Positions 45,625 through 54,402 of a stretch of DNA of 64,000 bases are shown here, piece after piece. Numbering within the stretch: position 1 is the first letter of the stretch; every line of letters starts with the position of its first letter. The DNA comes from Candidatus Hydrogenedentota bacterium. Lineage in GTDB: Bacteria > Hydrogenedentota > Hydrogenedentia > Hydrogenedentales > SLHB01. Below the pieces are notes generated by a model. The model had not been told where the DNA came from, did not search any database, and worked only from the letters and a program-made list of their open reading frames with translations. The DNA is taken from contig BTVY01000012.1 of assembly GCA_045863335.1 (NCBI GenBank), positions 32,001-96,000 on the forward strand, read 5' to 3'. The translations under genes were made by a program, and so were the position numbers.

Positions 45625-46250
45625 CAGCCCTCGCCCCGGAGCAGCCGGTCGATGTCCTCGCCGAGCCGGTGGGCGTCCGCCTCGTCCATGCCGTCGTAAT
45701 ACCCGCGAATATGGCCTTTCGCATCGATGAGCACGAAGCGCTGGCTATGACCCATGGGCGTCTCCGGCACGCCGACCTTGAACCCCTCTTCGCTGGCCAT
45801 GCGATTGATCTCCTCGATGGGTCCCGTCAGAAAGTGCCACCTCGAGCTATCGATCTCGTGTGTCTTCGCGTACTCGGCAAGAACTGCCGGCGTATCGGTA
45901 TCGGGATCCGTCGAGAAGGAAACGAACTTTACACGGTCGTCGCCCGCGTACTTGTCGTGGAGGATCTTCATGTTCTTCGTCATGACCGGACACGCGCCCT
46001 GGCAGGAGGTCAGGAAGAGATCGGCCACCCAGATCTTCCCGGCAAGCTGGCTGCCCCTGAATTCGGAACCCGTCGAATCGGTGAGCGTGAAATCCGGAAC
46101 GGCCCCCACGTCGTAGAGCGAGTCGGGCTCGATTTGCACTTCCGGGGCGGCCTTTACCGCGGTTGACCGTTGAAGGAGGATGGGCGCAACGCTCAGGGCC
46201 ACGAGGATGAGAGCAAGGACAACGATGAGGGCGATTCTTCGCGAATGCAT
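45624..46250 (-). CDS. SCO family copper chaperone
   Basis: CQGACP, DPDTD, WHFLTG and HSQRFVL motifs. Confidence 0.93.
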   Translation of the reverse strand: MHSRRIALIVVLALILVALSVAPILLQRSTAVKAAPEVQIEPDSLYDVGAVPDFTLTDSTGSEFRGSQLAGKIWVADLFLTSCQGACPVMTKNMKILHDKYAGDDRVKFVSFSTDPDTDTPAVLAEYAKTHEIDSSRWHFLTGPIEEINRMASEEGFKVGVPETPMGHSQRFVLIDAKGHIRGYYDGMDEADAHRLGEDIDRLLRGEG

Positions 46251-46308
46251 GATACGGTTCCCGGTACTGCTTAAAACACCATATTCGATGCCGCCTCCGA
46301 AGACGGCG

Positions 46309-47202
46309 TTACAAACTGAAGTCTATCACGATCAACATCAACAAGAGCGGAAGGTACAGCACGGACGTCTTCAACACCCGTCGCGCATCGGTCACGGACC
46401 CGCTGCGGACCAGCGGAAAACAAGACGCCAGCATGTAAAGGCCCAGCAGGACCGCCCCGACAAGGTAGAAGTAACCGGAGAGGCCAATGAACGTCGGCAA
46501 CAACGATACGGGGATCAGCACCACCGCGAACCCCACGATCTGCCGGAAGGTGCGTTTACCGGCGGGGTCATCCACCGGCAACATCTTGAACCCGCCCTTG
46601 CGGTAGTCGTCTTTGAAAATCCACGCGATGGAGTAGAAGTGCGGCTGTTGCCACACGAACAGGATCAGAAACAAAACCCATGCGCCCGCTTCGACTTGCC
46701 CCGTCGCGGCTGTCCAACCGCCCATGGGCGGCAGCGCGCCCGGCACCGCGCCGATGAGCGTGTTCAACCAGGACACCCGCTTCATGGGGGTATAAACCAG
46801 CACGTACAGGAACGCGGTGAGCAGCGCTAGAAACGCGGTAATCAGGTTGACCTTCCACATGAGCAGCATCACGCCGCCCAACACGAGGTACTCCCCCATC
46901 AACAGTGCGTGATTCGCCGGGACCGCGCCGGACGGGATGGGCCGGTTTCGCGTGCGATCCATGCGCGCGTCAATGTCGCGCTCGAGGAAATGATTCAGCG
47001 CGCCGGACCCGCCGGAGACCATGGCCACGCCGATGAGCGTGTAGATGAGTCCCTGGAACGAGTCCCATCCATGAAACCCGATGCCGCCCATGAAATACCC
47101 CAAAGTGGCGGTAACCAACACCAACGACGTAATACGCGGTTTGGTGAGGTCCAGATAGGCCCCATAAGGGACAGCACGAAGTCGAACAGCTACTGCGGAC
47201 AC
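46309..47202 (-). CDS. cyoE: Heme o synthase (protoheme IX farnesyltransferase)
   Basis: LTKPRI, DARMDRT.NRP, YTPMKR, GA.PP..GW and WQ.PHF motifs. Confidence 0.96.
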   Translation of the reverse strand: MSAVAVRLRAVPYGAYLDLTKPRITSLVLVTATLGYFMGGIGFHGWDSFQGLIYTLIGVAMVSGGSGALNHFLERDIDARMDRTRNRPIPSGAVPANHALLMGEYLVLGGVMLLMWKVNLITAFLALLTAFLYVLVYTPMKRVSWLNTLIGAVPGALPPMGGWTAATGQVEAGAWVLFLILFVWQQPHFYSIAWIFKDDYRKGGFKMLPVDDPAGKRTFRQIVGFAVVLIPVSLLPTFIGLSGYFYLVGAVLLGLYMLASCFPLVRSGSVTDARRVLKTSVLYLPLLLMLIVIDFSL

Positions 47203-47418
47203 GGGGAAACGTACCTCGTCTCGTTGAACGTACAGCCAATCACGGTAGAATCCGGCCCACCAGGACAGACCGGAAGCAAGGAGTATAGCGAAAACCCGCT
47301 TCGAAATTCGACAAACCCTTGGTCAGGCAGGAAAACACCGCCGAGTCGCGAACTATTTCACGATATGTGGTCTATTTTTGAGCGTAGATTCTGCAGCCCC
47401 GGTGCCGGTGAAAACCGG

Positions 47419-48204
47419 TCAGGGACGTGGCATGGGGACCCGTTCGCCCTTCTGGACGCGCTTTAATTGGTCCAGTAAGTCCCCCGCGTTTTCCCGGATG
47501 GACCGATTGAAACCGGATTTAGTGTCTACGTGTGACTTGGAGACGTCACGGAGCGCGTCGATGGCTTGATCCAGCGGAGGGTACATGAAAAGGGCCACCA
47601 GTGCGCACTGACACAAAGATTCGCGGGGTCCACCCACGTAGCCCGCGTCTGGTTCGGCGTCGACTCCGACGAAGGCGCGCGACGTTGCCTTCTTGACAAG
47701 TTCTATGTTCCTATCATTGCCCGAGAGAGCCAAATATCCAATCGCCGGCGCCACGGAATTCATGGCTTCGTCGGGAAGATCTGCGGCGGATTCGATTAAG
47801 CCACGAGCGAGTGTTTCAACGCGGACATCCTGCACACCCTTCCATGCAACGGACAAGGCGACCTGTACGACTGGCCAATTGGGTGGATCCTGCGCATACG
47901 CATCGAAAAGCGTCGTGACTATATAGGCTTCTTCATCTGGAGGACGTGGTGATTTGTGCCACGCCGCCATCGCTTGGCGCCTAACCGCGTCCGGTACAGT
48001 GAAGTCTCCCAAGTATATTGCATCATGTTCGTTCGTCGTTTCCTCGTTGAGCGCGAATAGCCTCGGATCGCTCTCCTTCAGCAACATGACTTCCGGCGTG
48101 AATTTTTGGTCGTATTGTGGGGGCGGGGTCTCGCAGTATGCCCATGCACCAATGAATATCGATGCGGCCACATAATTTAACAATTGTCGGGATCGCATTT
48201 GCAT
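47419..48204 (-). CDS. Hypothetical exported helical protein
   Basis: 261-aa ORF with a hydrophobic N-terminus and atypical codon usage. Confidence 0.6.
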   Translation of the reverse strand: MQMRSRQLLNYVAASIFIGAWAYCETPPPQYDQKFTPEVMLLKESDPRLFALNEETTNEHDAIYLGDFTVPDAVRRQAMAAWHKSPRPPDEEAYIVTTLFDAYAQDPPNWPVVQVALSVAWKGVQDVRVETLARGLIESAADLPDEAMNSVAPAIGYLALSGNDRNIELVKKATSRAFVGVDAEPDAGYVGGPRESLCQCALVALFMYPPLDQAIDALRDVSKSHVDTKSGFNRSIRENAGDLLDQLKRVQKGERVPMPRP

Positions 48205-48317
48205 GGCAAGTCCCCGTTGCGCTTTGCCCGATCCAAGCGAATGTCACACGGCGCTCGAGCTTCCAGTGGTCGTCGTTCCCATTTAATCCTGTGGCGATGG
48301 CTTGAGTTCCAAAGTAA

Positions 48318-48429
48318 TCGCGCGGTCGGCGACCGCGCGAGACTTTGTAGAGAGTCTACTGGCGTGGAGCAGCGTAATTCCTTCCCGTTCCTGGGGTTCT
48401 CTGGAATGCCGCGCTCGGCGAGCGCGGCA
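48318..48429. repeat. Pair of related GC hairpins (REP-like) downstream of the htpG remnant
   Basis: tcgcgcggtc-ggc-gaccgcgcga and tgccgcgctc-ggc-gagcgcggca. Confidence 0.65.
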
Positions 48430-48465
48430 GCACGAACGACAAACAAATCACACAACAGAAGATGG

Positions 48466-48558
48466 CTATCCCGCATGGACCATCAGGTTGGCCACGAGTT
48501 TGGCGAACTCGCCCGGGTTGGGAGGCTGATTACCTTCGGCGAGAGCCGCCTGGCCGTA
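48466..48558 (-). pseudogene. htpG: Displaced 3' end of htpG (30 codons plus stop)
   Basis: Translates YGQAALAEGNQPPNPGEFAKLVANLMVHAG*, versus YGQAALAEGNQPPNPGQFAKLVADLMVQVK* at 54403-54495. Confidence 0.92.
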
Positions 48559-48592
48559 AGTTAATACAAGAAAATGAATTACGCACAGACAC

Positions 48593-51556
48593 TTATAATT
48601 CCCCATCTTCATCGTGTGCCATAGAATCCATTATCTCGTTCGACAGGTCGAAGTCGACGATGGTTTCATAGCCTGCGCGCAGTTCCGCTTGATAACTCAG
48701 GTGTCTTCGTTGCGCCCTCAAGAATAACGTGACATCCACTATCCCCTCGGGCAGACCTTCGATTGCATATTCGCCGGATTCTGGTACTTCCACGGTTAGT
48801 CCATCACCATCGGGAAAACTGGCATACACGGAACAATTTTCCGGAGTGGAACCATTGACCAGTACCGTGCCGCTGACAACGGCTTCCGGCGCCAAGTTTA
48901 TCTGCACCTCGGATCGCTCGGACGGAGGGAAAAAAACGCGCGACGGCGCCCATCCCGCTGCGACAACCGTAAGCTCCACCGTCGTGTCTGTAGGCAGGAC
49001 AGAGGACTCGATCTCGAAGACACCATCCTGGGTACTCACGGCCGCCGCGCCGCTGGATGGAAATGGCATCCGGTGTGCTCCAACGTACACCTTTGCTCCG
49101 GATACGGGTCGTCCGTCGTTTCCCAGGATTTTTCCTCGCAGTGGCGGTCCAGAAGGGTCAAGGGACACAATCACCCCTTCTTTAGATTCACCGTCATGAA
49201 CCGCGCCCAGTTTGACGACGGTCTGTGCGAATCCTGAAGCGCGAACGCCAAGTTGAATAAATCCCGGAGCCACAGTCATAACGAATGCCCCGTTCGGGTC
49301 CGATATCAACTGTGCTTCCGTTTCAAACGCTTGCCCTATATCTGCAACTCCACGTACAGCACACATACGAAATGCAGTAACCGGACTTCCCGTGCCGGAA
49401 TCTATCACACGGCCTGAGACCGTTGCGGGGCGTGGCAGAATGAAATCGACGCCTTCCGAACCTGCCGGAACGGTCCGGCTTTGGGAGCGGGCAAAGATCG
49501 CCGCACCCACCCCGCGTCGACTGGGGCTCGCTTCCACGGTGTAGTCTCCTGCGGGAAGCCCCCATAATTCATAGGAACCGTCTATTTCAGAACTATCTGA
49601 AACGGGAGTTCGCCGTCCGTCGACCTCGGTACGAATCGTCGCGCCCCGGACCGGGCCGCCGTCCTCGTATAACACATGCCCCCGAATGCTCAGTAAAGAA
49701 TCGTCCAACACGATTCGCAGCCCCGCCAGGTGCTCGCCAGAACCCAGGGTTATCTGCATTGCACTGGCGGTAGACCCCCAGTCACCCTGCAAAGTCCCTT
49801 TCCCGCCCACCTTCAGGTCATGCACGCCCTCGCAGAGCCCGGCAATAGTGAATGCGCCCTCCATATCCGTAAAGGTAAGAGCTTCACCGAGTAACCACGG
49901 CACGTCACCTAATGGCTCCAGCATTACCCCTACCCGCGCGGGCCGATTGAACGAGTCGACGACCCTACCGGAAACCGCACAGTTCCGCGCGACATCAAGT
50001 GTCACGGTGACGTCCTCTTCACCGGGAGAATACGGACCATGGGGTGTGCTCGCGCGGTCCGTCGTCCAAGCCACAAGGGTGACGCTTTCGCCGGTCCCGC
50101 ATCCGTACAGGTCGAAATGCCCCTCAGAATCGCAGGCCGTTTCAAAGGTTCTTGCCGTCACCTTGGCGAAGGGCGCCGGTTCCCCGGTAGGAAGGACTAC
50201 GGTACCCGAGAGCGCAAGACCAAGTTCGGGCAAGGTGAAGTCCACGCCCTCGACGGCCTGGCCTGGATTCACCCTTATCAAGCGACTTGGCCCCAGTATC
50301 GTCCACCCCAGCATGGCGTACGGATGGGGCGGGTTCATGGATATTGCATACAAGGCCGGCGCCAATCCACGCACTTCGTAGCTTCCATCCGGTGCCGCGC
50401 TCACGGCTAATCGCCCGGGGACTGTATGCGTGGGCTCGACAGGCCCCGCCCCGATGGTTGCCCCTGCAACGCCCTCACCCGTGCCCGATACGAAAACGCG
50501 ACCACGCACCACGCCACCTTCGTCAAGTCGCAGTTCCACATCGGTCACATCTTGCGAGTCAAACACCTGAAACGTGCTGTCCGTATTGACAACTATGAGG
50601 CGCAGATCGCCGGACGCCAGCATATAGGTTCCTTCCGGCAATGCCTCGAAAGCGAACTTCCCCGCATCGTCAGCGAGTGTCTCTTCCTGCTGCGTCCCAC
50701 TGACCTCTTTCGCCACGACTTTGACACCGGGAACGGGTGCGCCATCCGAGGCATGAACACAGCGACCCGAAAGCGAACCGCCTCGCAATATTGTAATTGT
50801 CACCCCGGCCGTACCAACGTCGATCGGTTCAGTCATCCGAGTCGCAAATCCCGAGGCAGAAACGCGCAAGCGCCACGCATAAGGTAGCAAGGAAGTAAGG
50901 GTGAATTGACCGTCGGTGCCAGTATCGCAAGCAAAACTCCGTTCCACGGCTGGAGGAACCGGCCAATCATTATGGACCGCAGGAGCCACATAGGCGCCGG
51001 AAATCGAGCTGCCGCTCGCGTCAACGACCGTGCCGCTTATCGAACCACCTTCGCGGAGAACCAGCATCACGACGCCAGACGCGACACCGGACTTCACCAG
51101 GACACTTTCCCAGGCGATTGCCGCATCCTTCTGCGCCACAACTACGTAAGCGCCATCCGATACCGTTCGAAAGACAAACCGGCCCGTTTCATCGCTGTGT
51201 TCGATCGGCGGCGCATCGCCGGTTTCCGGCCAGACTCCCGCCAAAATTCCATGCACGGAAGGATACAGTTGGACTTGGGAGTCGGGCACCGGCTCGCCGT
51301 ACGGGTCCAGCACCCAACCGGGAACGACGCCACCAGCCCGGCTCACTGCGCTGGCCGTGGAGGGCGCAGTTGCGCGCGTGGGCACAGCGGCTTTTCTGGG
51401 GATGGGCCGCGATTGCTCGCGAACTGGCACTCTCGGCTTGGATACTTCGTCGCGGTTATTCTTTACCGGCCAGTGGCCGCTCTGGAAAAGAGCCAACACG
51501 ATTGCGAGGATGCACAAGACAAGGCACCACGCCACCACCCACCATCTACTCCGCAT
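48593..51556 (-). CDS. Membrane-anchored protein with multiple carboxypeptidase regulatory-like (transthyretin-like) repeats
   Basis: N-terminal TM helix; about 9 repeats of SG.V.D..G.P..GA.V ... DG.F....L..G.Y. Confidence 0.85.
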   Translation of the reverse strand: MRSRWWVVAWCLVLCILAIVLALFQSGHWPVKNNRDEVSKPRVPVREQSRPIPRKAAVPTRATAPSTASAVSRAGGVVPGWVLDPYGEPVPDSQVQLYPSVHGILAGVWPETGDAPPIEHSDETGRFVFRTVSDGAYVVVAQKDAAIAWESVLVKSGVASGVVMLVLREGGSISGTVVDASGSSISGAYVAPAVHNDWPVPPAVERSFACDTGTDGQFTLTSLLPYAWRLRVSASGFATRMTEPIDVGTAGVTITILRGGSLSGRCVHASDGAPVPGVKVVAKEVSGTQQEETLADDAGKFAFEALPEGTYMLASGDLRLIVVNTDSTFQVFDSQDVTDVELRLDEGGVVRGRVFVSGTGEGVAGATIGAGPVEPTHTVPGRLAVSAAPDGSYEVRGLAPALYAISMNPPHPYAMLGWTILGPSRLIRVNPGQAVEGVDFTLPELGLALSGTVVLPTGEPAPFAKVTARTFETACDSEGHFDLYGCGTGESVTLVAWTTDRASTPHGPYSPGEEDVTVTLDVARNCAVSGRVVDSFNRPARVGVMLEPLGDVPWLLGEALTFTDMEGAFTIAGLCEGVHDLKVGGKGTLQGDWGSTASAMQITLGSGEHLAGLRIVLDDSLLSIRGHVLYEDGGPVRGATIRTEVDGRRTPVSDSSEIDGSYELWGLPAGDYTVEASPSRRGVGAAIFARSQSRTVPAGSEGVDFILPRPATVSGRVIDSGTGSPVTAFRMCAVRGVADIGQAFETEAQLISDPNGAFVMTVAPGFIQLGVRASGFAQTVVKLGAVHDGESKEGVIVSLDPSGPPLRGKILGNDGRPVSGAKVYVGAHRMPFPSSGAAAVSTQDGVFEIESSVLPTDTTVELTVVAAGWAPSRVFFPPSERSEVQINLAPEAVVSGTVLVNGSTPENCSVYASFPDGDGLTVEVPESGEYAIEGLPEGIVDVTLFLRAQRRHLSYQAELRAGYETIVDFDLSNEIMDSMAHDEDGEL

Positions 51557-51659
51557 TTCATCAATCTCCTGGACGGCGAGCAAACTCTGGACACAAGCGG
51601 TACGTCCGACTCAGAAATGAATCGCACCAGAAGCATTGGGCATTGGTGCTTGCGCGGTG

Positions 51660-52682
51660 CTATTTCACAAACGCGTATGCCTCGACGCGCACCTCTGCTT
51701 CGGCCCCGGGTACTTCAGATAAGATCCTGAATACACCCCGCTGTGCCCCAGTGCGCCCGGGCTCCGCTCTCGCCAAGACACGCAACCGGGCAGCGTCTGA
51801 CAGCCGTTCCAACTCCGACGCGAAGATCGTCGCCTCCGGATCGATCACCCTCATACCGGACAAGTCATACCCATACGGTGATGTGACTTCTATAATGTCA
51901 CTACGTCGATCACCTTCCGGCAGAACACCCAGGAAGATGCGTGACTTGGAGACCTCAAATGGGTACTGGACATAGGCGCTCAGCGCAATTTGCTTTACCG
52001 GCACTTCGGAATCATTGGTCGTTACCCACAGATTTTCCGCGACCAAACCATACGCGGTGGATTCCCGCAGTTGAATCGTGAATTCTTGCGCGCCCGCGCT
52101 GCCCCCAATTTCTCCGTAATCCACCTGGAATGCAGTCAAATGACTTACCTTCAGAATCTCAAGGACAGGTTGGCCCGGAAATCCCTCCATCGTGAAACGA
52201 TGGACACGACCTTCGCCTCTTGGAACCGTGCCGAAATCGATGCGTGACGGATGCTCCTCCTTAACAACCCCAGTGATACGAAACAAACGCGGCTCCCTCT
52301 CATTGACCCATCGAACGCGAATCAATTCGTTAACGCGGCCGCTTCGTCCGCTGAGGTGAAGCCGAACCGGAAACGGCAAGACACCTTTCGGCTCGATGAC
52401 TTCCCCTCGAATGTCTTGCGTTGCCGTGCAGCCGCAACTCGTTCCTACTTCTGCTACCTCGACGCTTAGGTCGGTGGGATTTCGAAGGAGGAATGAATGG
52501 TGTATTACCGCGTTGGCGCGTGCAATTCCAAAGTCATACAACTCTTCTTGCGCGGACTGCGAATACGTATTGCCAGATCTCCCCATCGTAATAAGTAGGG
52601 TGCAAAGAGCGGCGCCCCCTATCGCTACCAAGCCGAATAGCTCGTACGCACGATTCCTGGACATTCGTGGTCGCAAAAACAT
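51660..52682 (-). CDS. DUF1573 domain protein
   Basis: YDFG...HSF.LRN....V..V.TSCGCT...IEP; further Ig-like domains; N-terminal TM helix. Confidence 0.88.
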   Translation of the reverse strand: MFLRPRMSRNRAYELFGLVAIGGAALCTLLITMGRSGNTYSQSAQEELYDFGIARANAVIHHSFLLRNPTDLSVEVAEVGTSCGCTATQDIRGEVIEPKGVLPFPVRLHLSGRSGRVNELIRVRWVNEREPRLFRITGVVKEEHPSRIDFGTVPRGEGRVHRFTMEGFPGQPVLEILKVSHLTAFQVDYGEIGGSAGAQEFTIQLRESTAYGLVAENLWVTTNDSEVPVKQIALSAYVQYPFEVSKSRIFLGVLPEGDRRSDIIEVTSPYGYDLSGMRVIDPEATIFASELERLSDAARLRVLARAEPGRTGAQRGVFRILSEVPGAEAEVRVEAYAFVK

Positions 52683-52717
52683 GATTTGTCCCGTTTTGGA
52701 AAGGGGCGAGCTACGCC

Positions 52718-53206
52718 CTAGTTGGAACACGAGCCCAATCCGACCCAAGCCAGTTGCTCTACAAGACCGTAGTCAACCGCATTCATACACATATAAGTGT
52801 TCTCATCGGGAGAATCACAGTATTGACAGTCGGGGTGTGATTCCGGCGTTTCACACTCAATGTCGGGATTTTTCTTGCATTTATACTTTCTGGCGCAAAT
52901 GTACCAGTTCTCGGGGACCTCAGGATCTGCAAGTTCGTAACCTGAGTACCCTGGGTAAGGTCTTTCGAAGGGAAGAGGAACGTTCTGTACGTCTTGGTAC
53001 GCATGAATATACGTACAAGCATACCCCAGATCACAGTTCATGTTGCATGGTGGGATTGGTACCGGGCAAGGCGCCAGATTAATTTCATAGCAGGGAACCG
53101 CGGAAGCCGACTTAGCATCGAAGATCCCCTCCAACGCGGCGGCGAAGGTGAAGATGGCTAGCCACAAGAGAAGCGGTTTGATCCAATATTTGTTCAGGCA
53201 TCCCAT
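52718..53206 (-). CDS. Small secreted cysteine-rich protein
   Basis: GGAGG RBS, signal peptide ending ASA, 12 Cys in the mature part. Confidence 0.75.
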   Translation of the reverse strand: MGCLNKYWIKPLLLWLAIFTFAAALEGIFDAKSASAVPCYEINLAPCPVPIPPCNMNCDLGYACTYIHAYQDVQNVPLPFERPYPGYSGYELADPEVPENWYICARKYKCKKNPDIECETPESHPDCQYCDSPDENTYMCMNAVDYGLVEQLAWVGLGSCSN

Positions 53207-53275
53207 TATCCTACCCTCCATAAGTGTTACTTGATCTGTGCCTTTCCCCATATGCACTCACGTAGTGTATCAAAC

Positions 53276-54274
53276 CTATTCCGTATCTTTGATCCCGCCA
53301 GCGAATTCCGAGGGCACCAATTCGTTTCCGATCACCTCCAGAACATCGATCTGGCCAACTATATCCGTGCGGAAAAAAGGTACCGCTGTCCGGCGGGGCA
53401 AACTCCTCCATGTAAATAGTTCGTCGTCCAGATGCGGGTTTAATTGTACATCCTCTACGGTGTTGAGTGAATGGCCCTCCAGGATAGCAGCGCCGTCATC
53501 GTATCGGTAGTCGGATTGCTCCCACTTCAATGGAAACCACCGGCCCGGATCGACTTCGCGCGGGACAACCGTGTACTCGAAAGATATTCTTCCCTCCTCG
53601 TCGTAAACTTCGCCGTGCGTAACAAAATATCCTGCCAAGGGGGCCAACAGGATTGTGCAGATCTGATGGGTTTTGTGAAAGACTTTGATCTCGAAAAGCT
53701 CACGCTCGTCCTGCCTGTTTTCGATTTCGACCGTTACGTCGGCACCATTCAGCGCGGCATCATGAATCTGGGCAAGACTGTTGATACCATTCCCAAAGGC
53801 ATACAACCTGAAATCCCTTGGGTTGAACGAGTGTAAGGCTTCCCGAACGCGCTTGGATTTCAAATCAATAGCGGAGTGTTCATACATATACGCGGCGGCG
53901 CTGCGCTCATACCATTGAGCGAGGTACTGAGCGTTCAGTACTAGAATCCCATGTTCCTTGGTAATCTTCGGAGGATCCGAAACGCGTTCTTCAAAGGTCC
54001 GATCCCGCTCGATTCTTCGCCACTCTCCCTTCTCAAACTGCGTATGTTGAGTATTCCACTCTCGCGTGCCATCGGGTTCGTAGTACGTCCATATCTCGCG
54101 CATCTCGAAGGAAAGTGATCTCAAGGTGTCTTGGGCATTCTGCTGTTCTTTCACGAAGTTTCCCAGAAGTGCGGTCGCGTCTTCGCCAACAAATGTCTGG
54201 TCGCTCCATGCTGGCAGGCCACCTAAAGCGCAAAGGAGTATTGACAATCGAGAAAACCTTAAGAAGGGAATCAT
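53276..54274 (-). CDS. Secreted hypothetical protein, LolA-like beta-sheet fold suspected
   Basis: Signal peptide; beta-rich; WFP...VEDVQLNPHLDDELF. Confidence 0.65.
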   Translation of the reverse strand: MIPFLRFSRLSILLCALGGLPAWSDQTFVGEDATALLGNFVKEQQNAQDTLRSLSFEMREIWTYYEPDGTREWNTQHTQFEKGEWRRIERDRTFEERVSDPPKITKEHGILVLNAQYLAQWYERSAAAYMYEHSAIDLKSKRVREALHSFNPRDFRLYAFGNGINSLAQIHDAALNGADVTVEIENRQDERELFEIKVFHKTHQICTILLAPLAGYFVTHGEVYDEEGRISFEYTVVPREVDPGRWFPLKWEQSDYRYDDGAAILEGHSLNTVEDVQLNPHLDDELFTWRSLPRRTAVPFFRTDIVGQIDVLEVIGNELVPSEFAGGIKDTE

Positions 54275-54328
54275 GAGCCACTCCAACTCGATCCGGCCCC
54301 CACCATGGCTTCGTGATTGCTTGACCTC

Positions 54329-54357
54329 ATTGTACGCTGAACAGCATTATCTGTCAA
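54329..54357 (-). promoter_or_regulatory. Near-consensus sigma70 promoter driving the islet operon
   Basis: Minus strand TTGACA-gataatgctgttcagcg (17 bp)-TACAAT, about 55 nt upstream of ATG 54274. Confidence 0.75.
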
Positions 54358-54402
54358 TAGACTAAAGGGGACAGTAATGCTCCATAACAGTCATTCATTA
54401 TG

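Larger units (their letters stand above)
48559..54402. mobile_element. Integrase-free genomic islet inserted at the htpG 3' end
   Basis: Bounded by two htpG 3' ends; codon usage visibly richer in A/T; carries its own promoter; no recombinase gene. Confidence 0.75.

Noticed and set aside
47203-47418. A third htpG tail remnant upstream of cyoE
   Set aside because: Only a short cgcgaact match, with no translatable similarity.
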